Counted from the stretch's first letter, positions 51,364 through 61,120 are shown. The stretch is DNA of 64,000 bases from Candidatus Marinacidobacterales bacterium (GCA_965226495.1 OZ245365.1:1088001-1152000), one strand, 5' to 3'. Program-made: numbers and translations. Notes: generated by a model from the letters alone, not told the origin.

Positions 51364-52095
51364 TCAGTAGCCCGAGATGCCGCCATCCGCGATCAGGGTC
51401 GTACCGTTCACGTAGGACGCTCGGTTGGAGAGCAGGAACTCGACGCATTCCGCGATCTCCTCGGCTGTTCCCATGCGACCCAAGGGACAACGCTTGAGCG
51501 GTGATTTTTCAGAGGTTGCGACTTTCCGCATGTCGTCGGACATCGCGACATCGATGATCCCGGGGGCGATGGCATTGATACGAATCCCGCGCGGGCCGAG
51601 CTGGTGGGCGTTGTTCCGCGTGAGGCTTTCGAGTGCCGCTTTGGTTGCCCCGTACAAAGCGAGGTCTCCCTGCTCGTTGAGGCGGCAACTGATGCTGCTC
51701 ACGTTCACGATCGCCCCGCCGGCTTTCATGTGCCCGATGGCCGCGGCGGTAACCCGCGCCGCACCAAAGACGTTGATGTCGAACATGCGTTTGGTGTGCT
51801 CATCGTCCCAGCTCCCGGCTTCCGAGGCAATCAATATTCCCGCACAGTTGACGATGGCGGTCAATGGACCCAACCGCGTAGCGCTTTCGACGGCTTCCTG
51901 CACGCTTTCGAGGGAGGTCACATCGAGGTGATGCAAGTAAATCTCGGCCTCGCCGGCTTCCCTAGTCCCGTTTCTCGCGGGGTCGATGGAGGTGTCTCCG
52001 GACAAAACGATATAACCGGCATCGAGCAGTCGCCGGTTGATGGCTCTGCCGATACCGCCTTGGCCTCCCGTGACCAGCGCTACACTAGCTCGCAT
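51364..52095 (-). CDS. SDR family oxidoreductase
   Basis: TGGQGGIG, NCAG, YGATK, NAIAPG. Confidence 0.93.
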   Translation of the reverse strand: MRASVALVTGGQGGIGRAINRRLLDAGYIVLSGDTSIDPARNGTREAGEAEIYLHHLDVTSLESVQEAVESATRLGPLTAIVNCAGILIASEAGSWDDEHTKRMFDINVFGAARVTAAAIGHMKAGGAIVNVSSISCRLNEQGDLALYGATKAALESLTRNNAHQLGPRGIRINAIAPGIIDVAMSDDMRKVATSEKSPLKRCPLGRMGTAEEIAECVEFLLSNRASYVNGTTLIADGGISGY

Positions 52096-52171
52096 TTCTC
52101 GCGTTATGTCTCGGTTCTCGAAGTCAATATATAATCGCTCGGATCATAGACCGTTGCTGCAGAGAATTCTA

Positions 52172-53446
52172 ATGGCCCAGGCGAAACCGTCCGTCGACAT
52201 CGACCAAGCGAACCAGGAGGCATTCGACTGTTTGTGCAAGTCGGAGCCGATTCTCGTCGACGTGCGCCCGGCCATTGAGGTCGTCCCCGGCATGACGAAG
52301 GAAACCGTTCTGACTTCCGGGCCGCTGATGGCGTGGGGGGACTATGTGGGGGGGCAGAGAGCGGCACTGATCGGTGGCGCCTTGTATGAGGGTTTGGCCC
52401 AGAGCGATGAGGAAGCCGACGGGAAATTCGCGAACGGCGCGATTAAAGTTGGAGGCTGCCAGGCCTACGGTTGCGTCGGGTCTGTCGCCGGGATCTACAC
52501 CGCCACGATGCCGGTCTTCGTTGTAGAGAATCGAACGTATGGGAATACCGGTTTCTGCAATTTCTACGAAGGCAAGACGAAAGACCGCCTTTGCTACGGT
52601 GTCTATAACGCAGAAGTGGTGCGCCGTTTAGGCATCATCCAGAACGTTTTGGGCCCCGTCCTCGGCGAGGCGGTACGGCGGTCGGGGGGAATTGAGCTCA
52701 AGCCGATCATGAAACGGGCCCTCCACATGGGCGACGAGCTGCATAGCCGCAATACCGCGGCGTCCTTTATGTTCTCCGATCTCCTGTTTTCCTACTTGCT
52801 GGATTTGGTGGATGAAGACAGGTTCTCGCGGCAGACTATTAAAGATGTCCTGGCTGCGCTCACCGAAGATAACTATTTTTTTCTGCGGCTTTCAATGGCG
52901 GCCGCCAAGAGTACCGCCGATGCGGCCGGGGGCATCGAGGGCTCCAGTGTCGTCACCGGCATGGCCATCAACTGTCGGGGATTCGCCATCCGGGTAAGCG
53001 GTTTGGGGGATCAATGGTTCTTGGGATCTCACGCCTCGGTGGAGGCGAAGCTCTTCGACGGTCACACCGAAGATGAGATCACCTGGATGGGGGGGGAGAG
53101 CCTGATGGCGGAGACGGTGGGGCTGGGCGGGTTCGCGCAAGCGGCCGCATTCGCCTTACAGGCTTACCAGGGCGGATCTCCTGAAGCCATGGTCGAAAAC
53201 AACAAGGCGATGTACGAGATCACGGTTGGAGAGCACACCGACTACAAGATACCGTTCCTCGCGTATCGAGGAACGCCAACTGGAATCGACATTCGAAGAG
53301 TGCTAGAGAAACGGATCTATCCGGTGATCGATGCTGGCATTCCTGGCCGCGACGGCGGACAGATCGGAGCTGGCGTCGTCAGCGCGCCCAGAGACTGTTT
53401 CGAGATGGCCCACGAGGCATTCACCGAAAAGTATGGCGGCCCGTAA
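52172..53446 (+). CDS. DUF1116 (YlbE/YahG-like) protein
   Basis: GALYEG.A, VGSVAGI....MPV.VVEN, L.YG, AL.MGDELHSRN.A, FFL.L.MAAAK, E..GLGGFAQAAA, GTPTGID, GQIGAG. Confidence 0.85.
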   Translation: MAQAKPSVDIDQANQEAFDCLCKSEPILVDVRPAIEVVPGMTKETVLTSGPLMAWGDYVGGQRAALIGGALYEGLAQSDEEADGKFANGAIKVGGCQAYGCVGSVAGIYTATMPVFVVENRTYGNTGFCNFYEGKTKDRLCYGVYNAEVVRRLGIIQNVLGPVLGEAVRRSGGIELKPIMKRALHMGDELHSRNTAASFMFSDLLFSYLLDLVDEDRFSRQTIKDVLAALTEDNYFFLRLSMAAAKSTADAAGGIEGSSVVTGMAINCRGFAIRVSGLGDQWFLGSHASVEAKLFDGHTEDEITWMGGESLMAETVGLGGFAQAAAFALQAYQGGSPEAMVENNKAMYEITVGEHTDYKIPFLAYRGTPTGIDIRRVLEKRIYPVIDAGIPGRDGGQIGAGVVSAPRDCFEMAHEAFTEKYGGP

Positions 53447-53545
53447 GGGCCGCCCGGCCGGGAGGAATTGCTCACGAATTGAACGGCAAGGGAACCCGGC
53501 CGTGGTTTTAGGCCCGAGCGCAGCCGCTTGCCGGCGAAGCATGAG

Positions 53546-53567
53546 GCGTGGGGGTGGGGCCCCGCGC
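53546..53567. repeat. REP-like 22-mer (copy 2, inverted)
   Basis: GCGTGGGGGTGGGGCCCCGCGC is the reverse complement of 43009-43030. Confidence 0.85.
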
Positions 53568-53638
53568 CATTTATTGAGGAGTGAGGGCGCACTGATTAGA
53601 GACTTCGCGACGCGTTACGACGGAAGAGTGGACGGGAC

Positions 53639-54574
53639 ATGCCCTTACACCCGAAACTAAAAGAATTGCTGGATCAGCCAGCCGATCCGAATGCGAAGCC
53701 GATCGAGGAGATCCCCATCGAGGAGATTCGACGCCAATTCAACGAGGAGATCGCGGCCATCGACAAACCCGGCCCGGAAATGAAAGACATCCTAGATCGG
53801 GCCGTCGACGTTGGCGACGCGGAGATCCAGGTTCGATGGTACATCCCGAGCACGCTTTCAGCGGAAAGCGGCAATCCAGTCCTCGTGTTTTTTCATGGAG
53901 GGGGTTGGATTCAGGGCAACATCGCGACTCATGACTCGATGTGCCGCGTGTTGGCTCACGATGGGCGGAGTCTGGTCTGCTCGGTGGACTATCGCCTCGC
54001 TCCCGAGAACAAGTTTCCCGTTCCCTTGAACGACAGCTACGCCGCGACGAAGTGGGCCCACCAAAACGCCGCCAAGTTCGGTGGCGATCCCGGCCGGCTG
54101 GCAGTAGGCGGTGACAGCGCCGGTGGCAACCTGGCGGCGGCGATCTCGCTCAAAGCCCGTGATGAAGGATCGACGCCAATCGCCTTTCAACTACTCTTAT
54201 ATCCGGTGACGGACCTTGCCAGCGACACGGAATCGAAACAGAAGTTCTCCAAAGGGTATTGGTTGGACACCCTGGAGTTCTTGATTCAGAGCTACGTTGC
54301 TAAGGAAGGGGACAAAACCAACCCGTTAGCGTCGCCACTACGGGCGGAGAATTTTTCCGGTTTACCACCTGCGTATATCGTAACTGCGGGCCACGATCCG
54401 CTCCGAGACGAAGGAAAAGAGTATGCAACCAGGCTTCGGGAAGCTGGAGTCGCTGCGAAGTACGATTGCTATGAGTCCATGATTCATGGCTTCATCTCCA
54501 TTCGCGGCATCGTGGATGAGGGAGAAAGGGCCTTACAGGCGTGTGCAGCTTCCCTCCGCGAGGCATTCGACTAG
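53639..54574 (+). CDS. Alpha/beta hydrolase, HSL-family esterase/lipase
   Basis: HGGGW, DYRLAPE, GDSAGG, DPLRDEG, HGF. Confidence 0.95.
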   Translation: MPLHPKLKELLDQPADPNAKPIEEIPIEEIRRQFNEEIAAIDKPGPEMKDILDRAVDVGDAEIQVRWYIPSTLSAESGNPVLVFFHGGGWIQGNIATHDSMCRVLAHDGRSLVCSVDYRLAPENKFPVPLNDSYAATKWAHQNAAKFGGDPGRLAVGGDSAGGNLAAAISLKARDEGSTPIAFQLLLYPVTDLASDTESKQKFSKGYWLDTLEFLIQSYVAKEGDKTNPLASPLRAENFSGLPPAYIVTAGHDPLRDEGKEYATRLREAGVAAKYDCYESMIHGFISIRGIVDEGERALQACAASLREAFD

Positions 54575-54618
54575 CGCACTTGGCGCGGATCCGCGGCTTG
54601 TGTTTTAATAGCCGCCGA

Positions 54619-54769
54619 CCAGTAGGCTGTACCAACGAAGTTGGTACCACCTCTATCACCTCTCCCCCGAAAGCGGGGGAGAGGTCGTCCGCCGAAGGCG
54701 GGCGGGTGAGGGGGTGCGTTGATAGTGGCGATGAAGTCCACTATCGATTTCATTGCTACAGTCCACTGC
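54619..54769. mobile_element. MITE-like element (copy 2, inverted)
   Basis: Ends CCAGTAGGCTGTACCAA / TTGCTACAGTCCACTGC form an imperfect IR (13/17). The body matches 32026-32177. Confidence 0.75.
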
Positions 54770-54799
54770 GCTCGGCCAGCATCGACGGGAGACGCTGTC

Positions 54800-55918
54800 A
54801 TGGCAAGAGACGGAAGGAACATCGACTTCGGTTTCGTAGCCTCCGCGGCCGGCGCACCCGGCGCCTCGGATTCCGAGACGTATGAGAATATACTCGGTGA
54901 CTGCGAGGAATACTCTGCGCTGGGTTACAGTACGGCCTGGGTCCTCGAGCACCACTTCTCGGACTATTTCCCCACGCCGGACCCGGTAGCCTTGCTCCAC
55001 TTCATCGGAGCCCGGTTTCCAAAACTCAATTTGGGCACGTGCGTCATCGTGACGCCATGGTACGAACCCCTGCGGTTGGCAGGAGCCATCGCACAGCTCA
55101 ATACGTTCACCGAACGTGAGCTCCACCTGGGTTTGGGGCGGGGGGCGGCAAAGTACGAGTACGATCGCTTCGGTCGTGACATGGAAGCGTCACGCCCACG
55201 GTTCAAGGAGACGTTGGATATCCTTCGCCTCGCGCTTCGCGGAGAGCCGTTTACGTACCAGGGCAAGATCTTTCAGATGACGAAGGAGACCAGGGTTCGT
55301 CCGCGCACCAATGCGGAGAAGATCCACTTCTATGGCGCCATCGGGAGCCCGGGCTCGGCGGCGATCATGGCAGAGCTCGGGATCCCGCCAATGTGCACAA
55401 CCATCGGTGACTATGAAGCACAAAAACGCACGTTGGATGCGTGGAAGGACGAGGCCCGCTCGAAAGGGGCTTCGACCGACGTGAAATTTCCGATCATGGT
55501 CAACTGCGTCATCGCCGATACCGATGAAGAGGCTGTCGAGGAAGCCCAGCTTTACATGCCGCGGTTCATGCAGGCCCAAGTGGATCACTACACGGTCGAT
55601 GAGACCGATTGGGAGAACATCAAGAGCTACGAGGCTTGGAAGAGGATATTCTCCGGTCTCAAGTCGAGATGTGATCCCGAGAACATCCCAGCTTGGACGA
55701 AGTGGCAGTTTGTCGGGACGCCGGAGACCGTGCGAGAGAGAGTGCAGGCCTATATCGACGCGGGATTCAACACGTTCCTCATCCACACTGCGACGCCAGA
55801 CGTGCCGGTCGAGCCGCGGCGCCAATGGACTCGAAGATTCGCCACCGAGGTCGCACCTCACTTCTCCTCTTCATTCGGGGCTGGCCGTCGGCAACAGGTA
55901 TCCCAGGTCGATCGGTAA
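54800..55918 (+). CDS. LLM class (luciferase-like) flavin-dependent oxidoreductase
   Basis: WVLEHHF, P.RLA, LGLGRG, FVGTPETV, FATEVAP. Confidence 0.9.
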   Translation: MARDGRNIDFGFVASAAGAPGASDSETYENILGDCEEYSALGYSTAWVLEHHFSDYFPTPDPVALLHFIGARFPKLNLGTCVIVTPWYEPLRLAGAIAQLNTFTERELHLGLGRGAAKYEYDRFGRDMEASRPRFKETLDILRLALRGEPFTYQGKIFQMTKETRVRPRTNAEKIHFYGAIGSPGSAAIMAELGIPPMCTTIGDYEAQKRTLDAWKDEARSKGASTDVKFPIMVNCVIADTDEEAVEEAQLYMPRFMQAQVDHYTVDETDWENIKSYEAWKRIFSGLKSRCDPENIPAWTKWQFVGTPETVRERVQAYIDAGFNTFLIHTATPDVPVEPRRQWTRRFATEVAPHFSSSFGAGRRQQVSQVDR

Positions 55919-55919
55919 G

Positions 55920-57338
55920 ATGTTCAGTCCGAGCGAGATGAAAGCGCGCGCCGAGGCGGCGAAGGGACCCGCCGCCGCCTTAGCGGAGCGGGGTGCCAAG
56001 TTTGTGCAAATCGAAGTCCCCGACATCAACGGGACGGTGCGCGGCAAGATCGCGGGCATCAAGAAGGCACTCTCCCCGGCCGGAACGGCCTTGTCGACGT
56101 TGATGGTCTCTTTCCGGAGCCGTGACGAAGTCAGTCTGACGCCCTTCAGCAACTTCGACAACGCGTTCCCGAAATTCGTGGCGGTTCCCGACACGTCGAC
56201 CGTGGTGAGCTGGCCGTGGAGCCGGGACATGGGGGCGGTTCTCTGTGACCTTTATATGGAAGACGGATCACCTTGTCCCATGGATGCCCGCCAGATTCTG
56301 AAGAACGTCGTCGCCGAGTACCACAAGCTGGATCTCGAGCCGCGAGCGGCCATCGAGTACGAGTTCTACGTGTACGAAGCCGACGACACGCTAATGCGCG
56401 AGGGTCGATACCGGGAGCTCAAGACCTTCGGACGAGGTTGGGATTGCTACAGCGTGGCTCGGTTCCCGACTTTCCAGCCTCTGGCCAAAGAGTTCCTTAC
56501 CCGCATGGAGGGGATCGGGATCGATGTCGAAGCGTTCCACACCGAGCTGGGCCACGGGATGCTCGAGTTCACCATGGGGCACGAATCACCGGTGAAAGCG
56601 GCCGATGACGCAGTGCGGACCAAGCTCTATTTCAAGCAACTGTGCGCCGAGCAAGGTCTGGTCGTGTCTTTCATGCCGGCTATCTACGTGGGTACGGGTG
56701 ATTCAGCGAGCGGTGCGCACCATCATCTGAGTTTCTGGCGTGACGGGAAGAACATCAGCTGGGATCCGGACAAGAAGACGCTCGGCGCGGTGACGCGAAA
56801 GGTCGCCGCCGGCATGATGGACACCATGACCGATTTCCATCTTGTGTTTCGGCCGTGGGTTAACTCCTACCGCCGGATGAACTACCTGCAGTGGAACCCG
56901 GAGAACACCTCGTGGGGTCTCGACAATCACACCACGGCGATTCGTGTCGTACATGGCGCGGTACCAGCACAGCAGACCCGGCTGGAGCACCGGACGCCCG
57001 GATCCGACGTGAACCCGTACCTCAGTCTAGCGGTGATGCTGCTAGGGGGGCTCTACGGAATCCAAAACGATCTCGACCCTGGGGCGTACGCGGATGGCGA
57101 TCCCATGAAATACGATCGGTTTCAGCTTCTGCCGAAGACACTTCCCGATTCCATCAAAGCCTTCCAGGAATCGAGGCACACGCGCGCCATGCTCGGAGAA
57201 GCGTTTGTCGACCATTTCGCGGCGCTCAAGAACGACGAATGGAAGGACTTCACCAAGTGGACCGAGGACAAGGGTGTCCCGCTCTCCACCGAAGACGTGA
57301 CCGATTGGGAGTTCCAGCACTACTTCGTTTGGGCTTAA
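55920..57338 (+). CDS. Glutamine synthetase-like gamma-glutamyl-amine ligase (PuuA/GlnA-like)
   Basis: DINGTVRGK, EYEFY, HTE.G.G..E, SGAHHHLS, NSYRR, WGLDNHT, EHR.PG.D.NPYL. Confidence 0.88.
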   Translation: MFSPSEMKARAEAAKGPAAALAERGAKFVQIEVPDINGTVRGKIAGIKKALSPAGTALSTLMVSFRSRDEVSLTPFSNFDNAFPKFVAVPDTSTVVSWPWSRDMGAVLCDLYMEDGSPCPMDARQILKNVVAEYHKLDLEPRAAIEYEFYVYEADDTLMREGRYRELKTFGRGWDCYSVARFPTFQPLAKEFLTRMEGIGIDVEAFHTELGHGMLEFTMGHESPVKAADDAVRTKLYFKQLCAEQGLVVSFMPAIYVGTGDSASGAHHHLSFWRDGKNISWDPDKKTLGAVTRKVAAGMMDTMTDFHLVFRPWVNSYRRMNYLQWNPENTSWGLDNHTTAIRVVHGAVPAQQTRLEHRTPGSDVNPYLSLAVMLLGGLYGIQNDLDPGAYADGDPMKYDRFQLLPKTLPDSIKAFQESRHTRAMLGEAFVDHFAALKNDEWKDFTKWTEDKGVPLSTEDVTDWEFQHYFVWA

Positions 57339-57342
57339 CCGC

Positions 57343-57374
57343 CTGTCAGGCTGTCAGGCTGTCAGGCTGTCAGG
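57343..57374. repeat. Perfect octamer tandem repeat (CTGTCAGG)x4
   Basis: Fills the gap between convergent stop codons. Reverse complement of the unit at 27138-27177. Confidence 0.92.
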
Positions 57375-57632
57375 CTACTTCTTCCGCGCTTTGGCCTTCT
57401 TCTTGGGCTTCTTTTGGGAAGTCTTCTTGGCTTGCTTTCTTAGCTTCGCGGCATCCCGCTTCAAGGCCGCAATCTCCCGGTCGATAGCGCGAAGCTCTTT
57501 CTTCACGGCACTGTTTGCCGAGGCGGCGCTCTTCTTCGCCTTCTTACTCCATCCCGCAGCACTCTTCTTGATCTTTTTGCCAATCGCTGTCGCGCTTTTC
57601 CTCGCCTTTCGCAAGGTTGCCGCAATCACCAT
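57375..57632 (-). CDS. Small Lys/Ala-rich histone-H1-like basic protein
   Basis: AGGAGAG RBS; KKAKKSAA and KKPKKKAKARKK composition with a central coiled coil. Confidence 0.65.
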   Translation of the reverse strand: MVIAATLRKARKSATAIGKKIKKSAAGWSKKAKKSAASANSAVKKELRAIDREIAALKRDAAKLRKQAKKTSQKKPKKKAKARKK

Positions 57633-57794
57633 GTCTCCGCTCTCCTTTGTGAGGGTTATGGCTCAATTATAAGTGTAATCGAGGGTCTTGGAGCCCTTAG
57701 TGGCTCCTTGCTTTTGGACCGCCCTATCATCAATAATACGTTCCCATCTCGGCTCGGTCCTCAGTTTTCATCACATTCGTTGTGAGGTGACTTC

Positions 57795-60509
57795 ATGGAA
57801 GGCCAAACCATCCAACATTACAAGATCGCCGAAAGAATCGGAAAGGGCGGCATGGGTGAGGTCTACCGCGCGACCGACACCAAGCTGAATCGCGACGTAG
57901 CGATCAAGGTCATTCCCGATCTCTTCGCCAAGGATCCCGATCGGATGGCACGGTTCAGCCGTGAGGCGCAGGTACTCGCCTCGCTGAACCACCCCAACAT
58001 CGCCGCGATTCATGGGCTGGAGGAGTCAGAAGGGAAGCGGGCTCTGGTCATGGAGCTCGTCGATGGCGAGACCCTGCAGGAGCGTATCAAGCGAGGCGCG
58101 GTCCCGGTCGAAGAGGCTCTCAAGTACGCGAAGCAGATTGCCGAAGCGCTCGAAGAGGCACATGAGCACGGTTTCATTCATCGGGATCTGAAACCGGCCA
58201 ATATCAAGATCACCTCGAACGGCATGGTGAAGGTTCTCGATTTTGGCTTAGCCAAGGCCATGGAAGGCGAGTCGAGCTCCGGGTCTTCTCCCGACCTCAG
58301 TCAGTCACCGACTCTCAGTGCGGCTGCGACTGCGGCCGGCGTCATTCTTGGCACCGCGGCCTACATGAGCCCGGAGCAGGCGCGCGGGCAGAAGGTAGAT
58401 CGGCGCGCGGATATCTGGTCTTTCGGTGTCGTGCTCTACGAGATGCTCACCGGTAGATCGGTGTACTCCGGCGAGACGGTGTCCGACGTTCTGGCAAAAG
58501 TTCTAGAGCGGGAGCCGGATTGGGACTCGTTGCCTAAGGACACGCCAGCGAGCACTCAGCGTCTTCTTCGACGATGCTTCGAGAAAAATGTGAGGCAGCG
58601 TCTCCAGTCGATGGGCGACGCGCGCATCGTCATCGACGAGTATCTGTCCAACCCGGCCGCCGAGTCGACGGTAATTGCGGGGCCGGCGGCTGCAACGACC
58701 CCGCCTCTGGCGACGCGCGTGCTCCCTTGGGCACTGTTCGGCGTGGCGGCTCTGGTCGCAGCCCTCGTTGCTCTTTCTCCTGGCCCGGCACCCGAGCCTC
58801 CTCTGAAGCTGAGTGTCGAGGTTGGCGCCGAACCCATTTGGAACGTTCTCGGTTCCAGCGTCGTCCTCTCGCCGGACGGAACCCGCATCGCCTACATCGT
58901 GGGCGACGGTAACCAGAGGGAAGTCCGCGTCCGCTCGCTGGATCAGTTGGAAGGGTTGACCGTCGCAACGGGAGCTCCATACCATCCCTTCTTTTCGCCC
59001 GACGGCCAGTGGATCGGATACGTGACGCCCAGCGAAATGCAAAAGGTTCCGCTCAGCGGAGGAACAGCGATGACCCTGTGCGAGGTCGAGCGCAGCCGCG
59101 GCGCCAGCTGGGGGCCCGATGACATGATTATTTTCGCTCCCAGCCCCAACAGTGCCTTGCTTCAGGTACCCGCGGCGGGAGGAGAGCCCAAGCCTCTGAC
59201 CACCCTCGACGAGTCCAACGGGGAGGCGAGCCATCGTTGGCCTCAGGTGCTACCTGGAGGCGAGGCGGTTTTGTTTACTTCTCATAGTCAGGCGGGCGGA
59301 GGTTTCGACAGCGCCAACGTCGAAGTGCTCCTGATCGCGACCGGGGAGCGGAAGGTGCTGCGTCGGGGCGGCTCCTACGGTCGTTACTTGCCGTCGGGGC
59401 ACTTGGTGTATGTGAACCAGGCGACTCTTTTCGCGATGCCCTTCGACTTGAGAAAACTTGAAGTGACCGGCTCGCCCGCTCCGGTCGTGCAGGATGTCTC
59501 ATGGGGCGTCGCCCACGGTGGGGCTCAGTTCAGCGTGTCCGAGACCGGGAGGCTTGCCTACATAGCAGGGGATAACACCGTTCCCGAGTACCCGGTGGCA
59601 TGGGTGGAACGAAACGGCGGAAGCGCTCCTCTCTTCGATGAGCTCGGGAGTTATGGCAACCCTCGGTTATCACCCGACGGCAAACGTCTCTCGCTGACGG
59701 TTCTCCGCGATGGCAACTGGGACATTTGGGTTTACGATCTGGAGCGAGGTGTCTCTACACGTCTGACCTTCGATGAAGCCGTCGACACGGAACAGGTGTG
59801 GTCTCCCGACGGAGAATTCATTGTGTTCAGTTCGGACCGTCATGGAGGAGCGGAAAACCTGTATCGGAAGCGCGCCGACGGATCGGGAGAGTTGGAGCGG
59901 CTGACAGAGGACGAGACGGACCAGTGGGCGAGCTCCTGGTCTCCCGACGGCCGCCACATCGCTTACATGTCAGCCGCAAACGCTTTCGATGTGTGGGTGC
60001 TTCCTCTCGAGGGTGATCGCAAGCCCGAGCTTTTTCTGAGCACGCCCTTTAGGGAATACGCTGGGGAATTCTCCCCTGACGGCCGCTGGCTTGCCTACGT
60101 CTCCAATGAATCGGACCGTTTCGAGGTGTATGTACGACCCTTCCCATCGAGGGGGGGGAAGTGGCAGGTTTCGGACGGTGGGGGCGATTTTCCCCGGTGG
60201 TCACAAGACGGCCGCCAGCTCTTCTACCGGACCGACAGCGGGATGATGGTCGCCTCCGTAGAGACGGCGGGAGACACGTTTCGGGCAGGGAAGCCTCGAC
60301 AGTTGTTTGAAGGGGTCTTTCGCGGCGGGATCGGAGGCGTGGGCTTCGCCGGAAACAGTTTCGCCGACTACGACGTCTCCAGCGACGGCCAACGGTTCGT
60401 GATGTTTCCGGCTGCCGAAGCTTCTGGGCAGGCAGAGCATCCACATATCACGTTGGTAACCAACTGGTTCGACGATCTCCGCCGCACATTCTCTGGCGGC
60501 TCAAACTGA
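57795..60509 (+). CDS. Hanks-type Ser/Thr protein kinase with TM segment and PD40/TolB-like beta-propellers
   Basis: GKGGMGEVY, VAIK, HRDLKPAN, DFGLAK, YMSPEQ, and repeated SPDG. Confidence 0.96.
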   Translation: MEGQTIQHYKIAERIGKGGMGEVYRATDTKLNRDVAIKVIPDLFAKDPDRMARFSREAQVLASLNHPNIAAIHGLEESEGKRALVMELVDGETLQERIKRGAVPVEEALKYAKQIAEALEEAHEHGFIHRDLKPANIKITSNGMVKVLDFGLAKAMEGESSSGSSPDLSQSPTLSAAATAAGVILGTAAYMSPEQARGQKVDRRADIWSFGVVLYEMLTGRSVYSGETVSDVLAKVLEREPDWDSLPKDTPASTQRLLRRCFEKNVRQRLQSMGDARIVIDEYLSNPAAESTVIAGPAAATTPPLATRVLPWALFGVAALVAALVALSPGPAPEPPLKLSVEVGAEPIWNVLGSSVVLSPDGTRIAYIVGDGNQREVRVRSLDQLEGLTVATGAPYHPFFSPDGQWIGYVTPSEMQKVPLSGGTAMTLCEVERSRGASWGPDDMIIFAPSPNSALLQVPAAGGEPKPLTTLDESNGEASHRWPQVLPGGEAVLFTSHSQAGGGFDSANVEVLLIATGERKVLRRGGSYGRYLPSGHLVYVNQATLFAMPFDLRKLEVTGSPAPVVQDVSWGVAHGGAQFSVSETGRLAYIAGDNTVPEYPVAWVERNGGSAPLFDELGSYGNPRLSPDGKRLSLTVLRDGNWDIWVYDLERGVSTRLTFDEAVDTEQVWSPDGEFIVFSSDRHGGAENLYRKRADGSGELERLTEDETDQWASSWSPDGRHIAYMSAANAFDVWVLPLEGDRKPELFLSTPFREYAGEFSPDGRWLAYVSNESDRFEVYVRPFPSRGGKWQVSDGGGDFPRWSQDGRQLFYRTDSGMMVASVETAGDTFRAGKPRQLFEGVFRGGIGGVGFAGNSFADYDVSSDGQRFVMFPAAEASGQAEHPHITLVTNWFDDLRRTFSGGSN

Positions 60510-60526
60510 TTCGGAAGGACTCTTAG

Positions 60527-61120
60527 ATGATACGACTCACGCAGAAAATTGTTCTAGCCGTTGGACTCATTGCTGTAGTCGCCTGCGGTGGTACGAAGCT
60601 CTCGGGTACTTGGCAAGATCCGAACATGGCGGGGGTGCCGTTTAAGAAAGTGATCGTTCTTACTCTGGCCAAGGACAAGATCATGCGGCGTGTCGCCGAG
60701 GACGAGTTTGTGAACAGCCTTCCCAAGAACACGCAGGGGGTCCAGTCTTACAATCTGATTCCGGACGACGAGCTCAAAGACGAGGCAAAGGTAAGAGCCC
60801 GGCTCGAGAAGGCCAATTTCGACGGCGCCGCGGTTTTGCGGCTCGTGGGAACGGACAACCAAGTGACCTACAACCCAGGCACGATCATGTATTCGTTTTG
60901 GGGATACTATGGCTATGCCTCTCCCTTCGTGTACGACACCAGCTACGTGACATCGGAGCAGGTCGTGCGTGTCGAGACTGCGGTCTACTCCATGGCCACC
61001 GAGAAACTGATCTGGTCGGGTGTCAGCGAGAGTATGAATCCGAGCTCGGCTAAGAGTGTCGTGGACGATGTCGTCCGCGTCGTCGTCACCGATCTCAAAC
61101 GACTCGGAATCGTCAGGTAG
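60527..61120 (+). CDS. Hypothetical lipoprotein (DUF4136-like)
   Basis: VVAC lipobox, RR.AED.F, FWGYYGY, KLIWSG.S. Confidence 0.7.
   Translation: MIRLTQKIVLAVGLIAVVACGGTKLSGTWQDPNMAGVPFKKVIVLTLAKDKIMRRVAEDEFVNSLPKNTQGVQSYNLIPDDELKDEAKVRARLEKANFDGAAVLRLVGTDNQVTYNPGTIMYSFWGYYGYASPFVYDTSYVTSEQVVRVETAVYSMATEKLIWSGVSESMNPSSAKSVVDDVVRVVVTDLKRLGIVR

Noticed and set aside
55524-55919. N-terminal extensions of ORF-track calls (GS-like 604 aa; also starts at 2247, 34936, 52037, 54719, 29767)
   Set aside because: The extensions overlap upstream genes or repeats. Downstream ATGs with RBS or family-typical starts were chosen instead.
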